DNA of 64,000 nucleotides, from NCBI GenBank assembly GCA_028534125.1, contig CM052817.1, forward strand, positions 73,596,001 to 73,660,000. The letters run 5' to 3'. Shown piece by piece: positions 26,340-37,256 of this stretch. Position 1 is the first letter of the stretch; every line of letters begins with the position of its first letter. The DNA is from Lama glama (Eukaryota). Both the position numbers and the translations under genes were made by a program. Under the pieces are notes generated by a model, which ran no database searches, had not been told where the DNA came from, and was given only the letters and a program-made list of their open reading frames with translations.

Positions 26340-27205
26340 AAGCTACCAACGACAGGCTGACTGTTGTAACAAACACCATAAGCACAAAACCCTCATGAGA
26401 GAAAGCTACTCAGGTTTAAGGAGGGTCAGTGGAGGAGGGAATGGGAGGCAGAGGGTCCCCGCTCTACCCAGGGATTCAGGGACTCAGGCTTTTTGAAACC
26501 TGTTGCTCTTCCACCTTCTGGGTTATATCTTCCTCTATATTCAGCCACTAGCTGGGTAAAGAGAGAAGATTGCTCACGGGCAGTTCGTATTAACTCGGTC
26601 TGGGAGTGTGCACGCTTCCACCCACATGCCACAGGCTGGAACTGGGTCAGATGGCTGCGCCCATTCGCTAGGGTGGCTGGGAGATATGACTGTCCTAGTT
26701 TCCTAGAATTGCCATAACAAACTACCACAAACTGGGTGTCTTAAAACAACAGAACTTTATTGTCTCACAGTTACGGAGGACAGAAGTCTGCAGTTAAGGT
26801 GTTGTCAGAGCCCCGCTCCTTCTGAATCCTTCCTTACCTCTTCCTCGCTTCTGGTGGTTGGGAGCAGTTGGTCTTTCTTGGCTTGCAGTTATGTTGCCCC
26901 CATTTCTGCCTCAGTCTTCACATGGCTGTCTTTCCACGGTGTGTCTCTGTGCCCAAATTCTCTTCTTTTTGTAAGGATACCAGTCATTGGATTAAGGCTC
27001 ACCCTAATCCATTATGCCCTCATCCTAATGTGATTACAACTACAGAAAGCCCTTTTCTCAAGTAAGGTCACAGACACTGGAGGTTAGGACTTAAACATAA
27101 CCTTTTTTTGGAAGGGGAGACAGTTCACCCCATGACAGTGGGTTATCTAGCTGGCCAGGAGGAAAAGGGAAATTGTTTGATGCCCTGCTCTCCAATCTCT
27201 GCTGA
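26340..27205 (-). mobile_element. Older MLT1 (J/K-like) LTR interrupted by the MLT1C copy
   Basis: TGTAACAAAC..TTCAGGGACTCAGGCT..CTTCCACCCACAT..GGCTGGAACT..GGCTGGGAGATATG | ..CCAGGAGGAAAAGGGAAA; degenerate. Confidence 0.55.
26691..27137 (-). mobile_element. MLT1C-like MaLR LTR
   Basis: TGCCATAACAAACTACCACAAACTGGGTGTCTTAAAACAACAGAA..TCTCACAGTT..GTAAGGATACCAGTCATTGGATTAAGG..AGGTTAGGACTT..CAGTTCACCCCATGACA. Confidence 0.85.
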
Positions 27206-27458
27206 GTCGTTAAGATTCTCTACAAGTAGAAGTGACTAGGAAAGACTTTTGAGGGTTTTAGAGAACTAAGCCTTTATTAAAAACATGGTTTCTATGAAAA
27301 ATGTATTTTGAACACCAGACAACTTTGACTGACAAATGAGCTTTTGGAAGATAACCTATCTCTCAGATGTAATTGCTAACACTTCAGGGAACTTTATCCT
27401 GCTCAAATAATGTTGCAGTTAAAAAAAAAATAGTATGTGTCAGATTTTGTAGTACTAT

Positions 27459-27611
27459 TTTTTTTATACAGTTTATTTAAAAATTTTTTTTTGGTGGGGG
27501 GAAGGTAATTAGGTTAATTAATTAATTAATTCTTTAATGGAGATACTGGGGATTGAACCAGGACCTCATCCACACTAGGCATGTGCTCCACCGCTGAGCT
27601 ATACCCTCCCC
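27459..27611 (-). mobile_element. tRNA-derived camelid SINE (Vic-1 type)
   Basis: GGTAATTAGG..AATGGAGATACTGGGGATTGAACCAGGACC..CTGAGCTATACCCTCCCC; T-rich tail; TSD-like tgtagtacta / tgtaatacta. Confidence 0.85.
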
Positions 27612-27879
27612 ACTGTAATACTACTAATTCTAATGATTTAACAGAATAGAGTAGGCTTATTATAATTAATATAATCACCTCTAAACTCCATGCCTGTAAA
27701 ATATGCTTCACATAAAGCTAATAAAGATTTCACTTTTCTACTTGGGTCACTGTCTTCTCTGCCTGTGGTTTCTGCTCTTGGCATTTTCCATCTAAGTCTC
27801 TGCCCATCTTACTTACTGTACTTTATTAAGTGGCTGCTCTTCGTTGAAGCCAGCCATGATTTAATAAAAGAGCAGTGAC

Positions 27880-28065
27880 TTTAGAATCAGAAGAACGTTA
27901 GCTCTGTAGGTTATTAACCTTGTTATCTTGGGAAAGGCACCCAAACTGCTTTTCAACCTCAGTTTTCTTACCTGTACTATGATTGATGTAAACCTTTCCC
28001 CTGTGTGGTTGCAGGAATCCCCTGAAGTCACTAAACATTTGAGTGCCTGCCAGCTGCCCATATTG
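27880..28065 (+). mobile_element. MIR SINE
   Basis: TTAGAATCAGA..ATCTTGGGAAAG..ACCTCAGTTTTCTTACCTGTA..TGGTTGCAGGAAT. Confidence 0.6.
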
Positions 28066-29169
28066 TTACAAATGCTTGGGAAATCTCAGTGAGCAAAAAG
28101 CTCAGTCATCATGGGTCTTCCATGCTAGGAACCAAAATCAATCCGTTCTAAACTGCTTAAAAATGTAAGGTACTCTCATCACTACTTTTCTGTCTGCAGC
28201 AACTCCAGTCTCTCAAATATCTTTAAAAGTCTTATTTGAAATTATGCATAGCTCTTAGATGTCAGAACATACAGAAAATCACCTAAGAAATGAAGAATTT
28301 ACCCATTAGAAGTTTAACCATAAATATAAACTCATGGTAAATATTGAAAATGTTTTCTTATTGTACTTTAAAGTAAACCTTGGGCTCCTATTATATGCCA
28401 TACAATGTGCTAGGTTCCATGGGGGGGGGCAAAGATAGACACTCATCCTGCCCTCAAGGAGCTTAGCGTCCAATTGGACACATGCCCATGAAAGCCTGCA
28501 CCACGTGGACAGAAGGGGAAGAATTTCCAGTAGAGAGGCACAGAGAAACTGATAGAAAGCTTCAACAGAGAAACACACTCACACCACCACCATGGGGGTG
28601 ATTGACATGCTCTTTATATGTAAAGTATATCTTCTAATCCTATAATGAATGTATTGCTACTAGCACCTGTTTATCTACTTGCTGAGATCTTTATTTCACA
28701 CTTTGAATAGAGGTGTTTACCTCTATGATATGCTGGTCTAGTATGTGTACAATATGTCCACTCTGTAAAGAAGGTATATTGTATAATATTTTGGAAGGAG
28801 CGGCCAGGAGGTGGTAGCTCATTGTCAAAACTGGAGGCCTGCATCAGAGCGTTTAAACTGTGTTCTATATATTTGGGTGTGGACAAAGAGGCACTGTTTT
28901 AAGAGGCTGATCAAACATAATCAGAAGTTGCTGACTCGTGAAGTAGTGAAATATGAGTACATCTGTTTGCGATTTACATTGTAAAGGTGATGGAAAAACA
29001 ATGATTAGGTTCCTAACCGGGCTACCCAACCCATTGATTGAAAAACACATTCTGGCATCAAATGAGAATGAAGAGTGTTAGTAAACACATCTCTCCTGTA
29101 GTTCCAGTTGCTAGAAAAGTTTTCCTTTTCCCTTCTTTTCCGCCTTTGGGTGTCATAGTTTTTCTAACA

Positions 29170-29545
29170 CATTTGACAAGAAGTGCTCACTTCAGGACCT
29201 TTGACCTGCTTTTCTCTTTGCCTAGAATATTCTCCCTCCAGATAGTTGCTTGGCTGGGTGTCTCACTTTGTTCAGGTTTCTAGAGAGCAGAGAGCGTTCC
29301 TCAGCTCCGTATCTATTTAGCATCTGTCTCTCATCTCTCTTTATCCTGCTGGTTCCCCCGTAGCTCTGACCACTATTCCTTTTGTTTACTGTCTAGTGCC
29401 CCTGTTAGAATAGAAGCACCATGATCGCCAAAAACGTTGCCTGTTTTGCTCACCACTCTGTCCCTGGTGGTTAGGGCACTGTGTCCCTGGTGCTTAGTTT
29501 CTGGCACAAGGTAGGCATTCAATAAACGTTTATTGAGTAAATTAA
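29170..29545 (+). mobile_element. L2 LINE 3' end
   Basis: CAGGACCTTTGAC..CCTAGAAT..TAGAATAGAAGCACCATGA..CTGGCACAAGGTAGGCATTCAATAAACGTTTATTGA. Confidence 0.75.
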
Positions 29546-30627
29546 TCCAGTTTCCAGGCTGAGGGTGCTCCTAAGAAGGTCAAGTTCACGGAAGTGCAAT
29601 GGGGATGGGTGAGGGAGTAAGTGAGGCCTGGAGTGAGGGGGAGCGAGGGAGTAGGAGGATTTCAGGGGGGACTTTGGTGAGGGCTCTGACAGCAGTGGGG
29701 GCTGGGCTTTGAGAGGCTGCTGTGAAAGTTTCTCTAGGGTTTTGTTTTGGAAAAACAGAGGCCTATGGCCTCTCTCCTGTCTGTGGGATCCAGGCATGAC
29801 TGGTGGGATCGATCTGCTCAAGCAGAAGGAGGGTGGAGGGAATGAGAGGCAGCAGGATAGGATTGACCCCAGATGGGGAAGTGGCCAGGGTCTTTGGGGC
29901 AGAAAGGCAGAGAGAAAAAGCCCTCTCAACAGCAGTGAGGGGAGAAGGTGTTTTCTTGCTGTATTTACTGGAAAGATGAACTCCCAATTTTGGTAGCCAT
30001 TTTCATGTGAGAAGCATTTTTTAGATAGGCTTTTCTGACTTGAAAATTACCTATATTGGTAATAATCATGAGATTAGCAATAGCAATGACACATTTACAT
30101 AAGTGCCTTCCATTTTCAAAGGGTATTTGTATATGTTATCTCACTGGTTTAATCCTTACTCAGGTTTTACATTTAAATATTCTGTGTGTTATACTTTGAG
30201 TTGTTTTCTAGGAAGAGGGATGCATATTCAGTGTGCATATATGTGTATTTGTATAAAACATGTTGGGTTGCATCTACAATTTAACATGTATAAATACACA
30301 AATAGGGCCACCTCAGTCCAGTAGATGAAATTGTGTTTCTTGTTATAAAAACAAGCCCGGATTTCTTTTCTTATCAAGAAGAATTCTGGAACTTTATATT
30401 ATAAGCACCTTAACATCAGGAATTGTGATTTATTCATCAGTTAATAAAGAAAATTAGGTTAGGAAGATTTGTAAGATCAGTTATAACATATTTTAACTCC
30501 ACAGCTTTCTTATATTTGTATTACCTGAGATGTTGTACTTATATGTCCGACAAAACTTCATTAACTTGTCTTTAATATGCTTTTGCATTGTGCTTGGTTC
30601 CTGGAAATTCAGTGATCTCCCCTGACC

Positions 30628-30630
<3 letters not shown>

Positions 30631-30672
<42 letters not shown>
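30631..30672. repeat. (AC)21 microsatellite
   Basis: Perfect dinucleotide run read directly from the sequence. Confidence 0.98.
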
Positions 30673-30676
<4 letters not shown>

Positions 30677-31199
30677 GCTTCAAGAAATTCCTGGCCTGTC
30701 AAGAAATGACAGCTGGGTAAACGTGCAGTTGTGCAGTGTTACAGGTGCTCTGTCAGAAGCATTCAGTGAAAGAGGAGGCACAGAGGAGGGAGTGGTCTGT
30801 GTCACCTGGTTGCTGGGGAGCCTGTTGTCCAGGCTTTGTAACAGAAGTCATCCTTGAGCTGAGTTTTGAACAATTATCCCCTGGAATCAAGTGAATAACA
30901 TCTTAAAAATGTAACTTTTACATTTACTTTAGGATACGAATAGCTAATCCTTTTCCTTGAGTAGCCTCTTCACCGGCTAAAATGTACCTCTTCAGGTTGA
31001 CACACAGGCAAGGGTGTTAGAGTTTTCTCATTATGCATTGTGTCTGTTCTGTGTTGAAGTACCTGTAGCAAGAAAATTAAGTGGAGGTTTTGTGTGTGGG
31101 TGGAGAGAGCTGATCGAATGCGGGTGTGTCAAAAACTAACCAGCAGAGTCCCCAAATTGTTCGAGTCCCTGGCATTTTTTCCCCCAAGGCTTTCTTCAT

Positions 31200-31430
31200 T
31201 GTAACCCGTCCCTGGCGGTAATTGGTTGAATCAGATTTAACAATGCAGTCAGATAAACAGTTGTGGCAGCTGCTGCCATAGCAACGTCACCGTCCTCACC
31301 CTCCCAGCGCGCGCCCCTTCCCCACCCCTCCTCCTCCTCCTGCTTTCCTCCAGTAAGTGCATCTTCGCTAGTGGTCTGTACAGGCGGCAGGGTTTAATGG
31401 CAGAGATATTTTATTTCCAAACTGTTCAAA
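31200..31430 (+). promoter_or_regulatory. ANK2: ANK2 exon-1 promoter / 5' UTR (TATA-less)
   Basis: Local CpG enrichment; reverse CCAAT ATTGG 31221-25; AGATAAACA (GATA/forkhead) 31251-59; E-box CAGCTG 31267-72; RFX X-box GCTGCCATAGCAAC 31272-85 overlapping half-CRE ACGTCA 31284-89; GCGCGCG 31307-13; CCCACCC and (CCT)n tract. The TSS cannot be placed from sequence alone. Confidence 0.75.
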
Positions 31431-31514
31431 ATGATGAACGAAGATGCAGCTCAGAAAAGCGACAGTGGGGAGAAGTTCAATGGCGGTAGTCAGAGAAGAA
31501 AAAGACCAAAAAAG
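31431..31514 (+). CDS. ANK2: Ankyrin-2 (ankyrin-B) canonical first coding exon, 84 nt / 28 aa, phase-0 donor
   Basis: Translates to [28 protein letters not shown], matching my recollection of the human ANK2 N-terminus ([35 protein letters not shown]...). Start context aaaATG; ends at donor AAG|GTAAAT (GT at 31515-16). Confidence 0.96.
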
Positions 31515-33374
31515 GTAAATTGCTGGAATTAGGAATGTCTGTATATAGGGGTGTGTGTGTGTGAGCGTGTAATGTCAGTGAGGCTTTAGAATCCGTGGAG
31601 TGTTGTGAGTAACTATAGAGTATATCAGTGCCAAGCATTGCTGTTTAAAGAGGCAGGTGCAAACGCTGCTTTTTGAAAATAGGAAAGGGACCATGATTCA
31701 TAATGGATTCGTGGACTGGAGCATGGTGAAGTGAGCAGAGATAAGGTGTGTTCGGCATGAGGATTGTGGCCACTGCTGGATGCCTTTGGTGTTAATTGGG
31801 TACAGAGAGGGTCATTTTATTTTTAGAATGGGTGTGTTTCAAAGGAAGTGTTAAGCAAGGTGAATTGGGAAGCAAAAGGAAGATTTGGGGCCAGATGTGT
31901 TTGCTCTGTGATGATCTTGAGATGGCTAGACAGCAAATGCCTTTTGGTTCCATGCAAAGTGTCTTCTTCCTAAGGAGAAAAGACTGTTGTGACAGGGAAA
32001 ATATAATCCCCAGCATGATATTTTCTTTGGTTTGCTTAGCTCCTCTGCAGTTTTCCCAGACACTAATGTGACAGACAGCTCATTCACTGATTAAAATAAA
32101 CAGCTAACGATATTATGGGGTGGGGGCTGTTGGGCACACAAAGCGGTCTGTAGGATTTCTTACCCTGGCACACATTCCACACCCTTGATTTTCATGGAAA
32201 TGATACCAGTGAGAAACAGTGGGGAAAGATGTAAACTATTCAGCCCCACCCAATGCCAGCACTTCTTTCTTTATGGCCTGACTCCTGGTAAACTGTTGCA
32301 GCCTTACAGAGCTGATTGAGCCCCACCTCCGAAAGAGATGCCTTTTAAATAAAGTCTCCTAAAACCCATTTATTCCCTGAGTCAATAATATGGGCTGGAT
32401 CTGTGATTCTCATGTAAATGGATTCCAGTAGTAGATGGTATGGGGTTTTGAATGAACAGGTTAAAAACATAAGGATCCTGAGCAAATGAGTATGTTTTAT
32501 TTTGATAATGTTGAAATTGCATTGTGCTTCACAATGATAGATCTCTGATGTACTAAATGTCTCATATTTCAAAAAAAACTAAAATAATTCAGAACCTCTG
32601 ATATTTAAAAAATCATTGTATTAGCAAACAAGGGATTAGTATATTTGCACAATGCCATGTAATTTGATAAAAATAAGCATGCCACATATGACAGCTTTTA
32701 AATAATAGCATGAAGATAGTGATGCAATCTGATAAAGGCTAAAGGATAATTCAGGGCAGGCGGGAACATTGGCAGAATGTCCTTCTGTACCTAGGGATTC
32801 TGGATCCCCCAGACCTGGAGGGCATTTTATAGAATGTTGCCTAATTGAGCAACATTTTTCTTTTAAAGAAAAAACAATTAGAAAAGAGGAGAGCAAGAGA
32901 TAGGGAAAAAGAAAGGAAAAGGGAATTTTTGCTTGCATTCACAATATCATTTCAAAATTCTCTTCATTTCTCTCTGAAGTCCCTGTGCTGTATTAGAAAC
33001 AATATACTCAGAAGTCCTAAAAGGGTGGAGAATGTATCTCAAGGAGATTTTAAACTCTGAGTGATGGCATTAAATTCACACACCTAAGGCATCTTAAAGT
33101 ATATGATGGGGTCAAGAAGATGAAATTATCATATGTGATAACTATAATATTTTTAAAGCTCCATTTTCCCAAACATATTTATTTTAGGGGCAAATTTTTT
33201 TCCAAACTTGCAGTCAAAATGGTAGCAATTAATCGCAAGTTTTGAATGTGTTGTGTATGTTTGTGCATACATGAAGAGGCATGTATTAAATGAGCTGTTA
33301 AAACACGGTGCAGTTTGAGAGTTAAAAGTAATTTCACTCCAAAAGAAAACACACACACACAGGTGAACATCCTT

Positions 33375-33570
33375 CAGCTGGGCAAGTCAGGCGTAAGTGG
33401 GTTTGAATCTTAACTCTCCTTTATATGGCGTGTTTGGAACCTATCAATTTCTCTGATCCAGGTCTTCATCTGTAAAATGTGAATAATTATGTATACTTTT
33501 GGTATTTTGTAAGGTTTGGAAATAATGTATATAAAATTTTTAGAGCAGTATGTAGTTGATGATAGTAACT
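33375..33570 (+). mobile_element. MIR SINE
   Basis: GGGTTTGAATCTTAACTC..TTCATCTGTAAAATGTGAATAAT..ATAATGTATATAAAA. Confidence 0.6.
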
Positions 33571-33760
33571 TTAAGGTTTTGTTGCTGTTCCCTTAAATAG
33601 AAATTATTTATTGGAATAAACCATGTAGAAGGAAAGTCTACTTATATTTTAGAGAGAGGTAGAATATAATACTGGTACTTCGCAAAGGCTTGTAGTCATT
33701 TTTCAAAATGTTGAAAGTTATGGTCTATAATTGGAAACTTTTTATCTCATACAAATTCTT

Positions 33761-33864
33761 TTTTTAAAATTAATTTATTTTTTAATAGCAGTACTGGGGA
33801 TTGAACCCAGGATCTCGTGCATGCTAAGCACACACTCTACCACTGAGCTATACTCACCCACCCC
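33761..33864 (-). mobile_element. tRNA-derived camelid SINE, short form
   Basis: GTACTGGGGATTGAACCCAGGATCTCGTGCATGCTAAGCACACACTCTACCACTGAGCTATA; 15-bp TSD ctcatacaaattctt (33746-60) / ctcatataaattctt (33865-79). Confidence 0.88.
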
Positions 33865-34517
33865 CTCATATAAATTCTTGAGATTTACATAAATGTACCC
33901 TAGGTCTTTAGATTCCCACTTCACATCTTTTACATAGCAGGCAACTTAAATTTTCATATTTAGAAACTTCTAAATTGTCCAAGCCACGAAATACAATACA
34001 ATGCCCTCTCCTGGTAAATTTAATAGACCATTAAATGTGCTTTGTTAAGGAAATAATAATCAAGAGATAAGCATCCCTAATAAGGATGAAATCTGAGAAA
34101 GAAAGTCGAAGAATTGGAGCAAAGTCAATGTCCTCTCACTTCGATTCTATTGTCTGTTTTTCTATGAGAAGTTCGTATTGAATCCACTGTAGGATTCTAC
34201 ATAAGCATCCAGGATTATGGACCACCAGGATCACTGTGGCCTGGGTGTTGATCTTACACATTGAGTCATATTTTTTTAATATATGCCTCTTCCTCAAGTA
34301 AATATTTAACAGATGAGCCATAATCCTCTTGTTTATTCTATACTTCATACAAGGAATTCTTCTGAGGGACAGAACTAAAGAGACCTTTGCCACAAAACCC
34401 ACATTGTGAGAAAATAAGTTCAAAGAGTTTATTTTATGTTAGAGTTTTAGTATCTGGAAGACAGAAATTCTTTCAGCTTTTCTTAAGAATGTCTGTTCTG
34501 ACTTCAGTAACTGAGCT

Positions 34518-35047
34518 TGTCAATGCCCTCCATGAGAAGACCACCGGGACACATCAGGGGTTGGGTGTTTTGGAGTTACAACTCACTGCAGTGATGGAGG
34601 GTGCACATCATGAGGAGCCGAGTTAGCAACCACTCACTAGATTTGGGCTTTGAATGAGTGATTTGGGGGAGAGTCCAAGAAACTGGGGGCTCACTCTGGG
34701 TTGGGTGCTCTCAGAAAGCAGGAACAGTTTTAGGATCTTGTATCCCAATAAATCTGATCTCTAGGATGGCAGACTAAAGCTGTAGTTGGTAAAGAAGCAG
34801 CAGCCTTTCAGTTAGCAAGAGAAGTGGGTGTCTGGTAGTTTTGGCTTGGACGATGTTCATGTTTTGTCTGTATTTAGACATGATAAGGGAGTGGTGCCAT
34901 TTTTGTCCTGCTCCTTCATGGTCACAGGGTGGTCTGATCTGATGATGATGCTCTGTGAAGTTATTTACGTTCAACAGTGAACACCAAGGTCAAGCTGATA
35001 GTAACAGGCCAGCTCCTGGATGTCAGCAGCTGCTTTTCTCTTTCTCA
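34518..35047 (-). mobile_element. ERVL-class solo LTR (MER77-like)
   Basis: Minus strand begins TGAGAAAGAGAAAAGCAGCTGCTGACATCCAGGAGCTGGCC and ends GGAGGGCATTGACA; flanked by AGCT on both sides. Confidence 0.8.
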
Positions 35048-36459
35048 AGCTTGAACACAAAGACCCTTTGGAGAGAGAGAGACAGATTTGCTACTGGATG
35101 CTCCTTAGTGTCCAAGGAAAACAAATCAGATAGCTTTTTTGCTCAAGAAACCTTTTTCATCTAATACTTTAACAAAATCATTTCCTCAAGGCTCAGTTAT
35201 TTCACACAAATAAATATTGCCTAAGGTGCAGATTTGGGATTGGTTTTCCAGTGATGGTTCAGTGGAGGAGAGGATATGGGAACTACTCTCTCACCTGAAT
35301 CCTGGACTACAAGGAAGCATTGGGACCTGTGTGAAATATATCAGGGTGGATTTTTAGCCTATTCTAAATCCCAGGTGACTCTATAAAAATTTCTTCTTCT
35401 GGACACTATTTTGGCAGATTAGATTAAAATAGTCCAAGGCCATATTAGTGTTCAGTAATTGACACTTTCCAATTATGTATCAATGACATGGCAGTGGGTT
35501 TGCACTGGAACAGGTCTAGGAGCCTTTGATAATTTGCATAAAGGATGATGGAAATGCCTGAGCATCAGTCACACGTGACAGAGCTGTGTGAAACCACTAG
35601 GCTTTGTGAGTTCTTCTAAAACAGGTAAATAATTAAGTGGCTTTATTTCCATTTTCCTCATTTGGTGGAATAGCTATATAAAGATTAAAATATAAGTAAG
35701 TACTATTGTTTTTAACAGAGTTATAAGCTAGAATGACAGAGTTATAAGATAGAATTCTGTAAGATAGAATATAAGATAGGATATCCAATATTCATTTAAG
35801 AAGTTTTGATCTGGAGCATTGTTTTAAAATATTTATGAGCAGTGCAAAAATATTTTGATGTTATATAATTTTTTTGCTGTTCACTTGCCACTGCCTAAAT
35901 GGGGAGCTGAGAGTGGTACCAGATGTGTGATTGAAATGATGCACCATTGAAAGATGAATGAGAAACATAGTTAAGGTTTATTTTTACAGCAGCCACAGAA
36001 AGCTTGGCTTTTTTAGTGGAATCAGGTAGCAGATTCAACATTTGGATATTCAAGTTATCTTGCAGTCAAATTAGTACTGAATTTAGTTGGTGCCTTGTCT
36101 TGTTCAGTCAAGTCTACAAAGTCTTTCATGTATAATATCCCCATTTCTTCATTTTCCAAAAACTTATGATTGACCCTCTATTTTACATCAGTTCATAACC
36201 CAAAATAACATGTGTTGCCTGAAGACAGCAATTCCCCATCACTGAAGGTATTTTAAATGACCATCTGTCAGAGATGATGGAAATTTTTTTTATTGGATGG
36301 AAAAATCCCTTACAACCTGGTATTCTGTGATTTTCTTTTTTATGTCTGTCTCTGTTTCCATCTCTTTTGACCCACTTTCATAATACTGTTTTTTTTCATG
36401 CTAATTTCATATGTGAGTAATAGCTAGATACTAATCCTATAATATCTTTTTTAGAGTAA

Positions 36460-36615
36460 AGTGCTATCTGCTGACCACAACTACCAGAATTACCTGGGTT
36501 GTCTGCTAAAAGAATAAAATCCTTAGGACCCACTTTAGATCTGTGCAGTCACTTTTGGAGATTTTTAACAGGCTCCCCACTGTTTTTTATGTGCTCTAGA
36601 GTTTAGAACCATTGC
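36460..36615. mobile_element. MER5-like MITE
   Basis: CAGAATTACCTGGG..CTAAAA..TTTTTAACAGGCTCCCC..AGAGTTTAGAACCATTG. Confidence 0.6.
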
Positions 36616-37086
36616 GTTAGAATGTGGTCAGTAGGCATGAAGTAGAGCTATTTTAGAAAGAAGAATCTCTGATTTCAATTAGATGTGTTAGATTCCCCTT
36701 ACATTTGTTTCTTTTAAGCCTAGATGGCAACAGCGATGACACAAAGAAAGAGAAAGAATTTTCCCCCTTATTCTACCCCTAGAACCTAGAACTGCTTCAC
36801 ATACACCGTCTCATTTAATCTTCAAAATAACTCTTGTTGAGTATTATTATCCCAGTTTCGTAGATGAGGAACTGGAGACTCAGAGACCTCATGTAGAGAT
36901 GGTGCTGGAGAAATGATAGGCAGTTTTCCCACCAATCAACAAGTGACATATTTTGAACCGTTTCTCCCGTGGAAACCAGATGCTAAGCTATTCTATGCTA
37001 AGCTATTCCTGTGTCTCTTGCAAAGCTTCTAAGCTATCTATAGCCTCATCTTCTAAGATAGCCTCCAGATTTTTTCCTCCAATGTT

Positions 37087-37256
37087 TTTTTTAATCTTTA
37101 TAAAAAAATCTTTTGTTTTGTTTTTTTGGCGGGGGGAAGGTAATTAGTTTTATATATTCATTTATTTTATTTTTATTATTTTTTTTAAAGGACTGGGGAT
37201 TGAACCCAGGACCTTGTGCTAAGCATGTGCTCTACCACTGAGCTGTACCTTCCTCC
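37087..37256 (-). mobile_element. tRNA-derived camelid SINE (Vic-1 type)
   Basis: GGTAATTAG..ACTGGGGATTGAACCCAGGACCTTGTGCTAAGCATGTGCTCTACCACTGAGCTGTACC; TSD tcctccaatgtt / tcctccagtgtt. Confidence 0.85.

Noticed and set aside
29519..29996. Overlapping 74-136 aa ORFs in a G-rich block upstream of the promoter
   Set aside because: Low-complexity purine-rich sequence depleted of stop codons, with no domain or splice support; the G-runs have long loops, so G4 potential is weak.
31100..31500. Classical CpG island at the ANK2 promoter
   Set aside because: CpG enrichment is modest and short by eye; I did not compute observed/expected ratios, so it is not called.
35705..35782. Short repeats (CAGAGTTATAAG.TAGAAT / TAAGATAG) that might suggest an array
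   Set aside because: Local slippage duplications with no unique spacers; not CRISPR. The same applies to 36980-37009 and 57662-57685.
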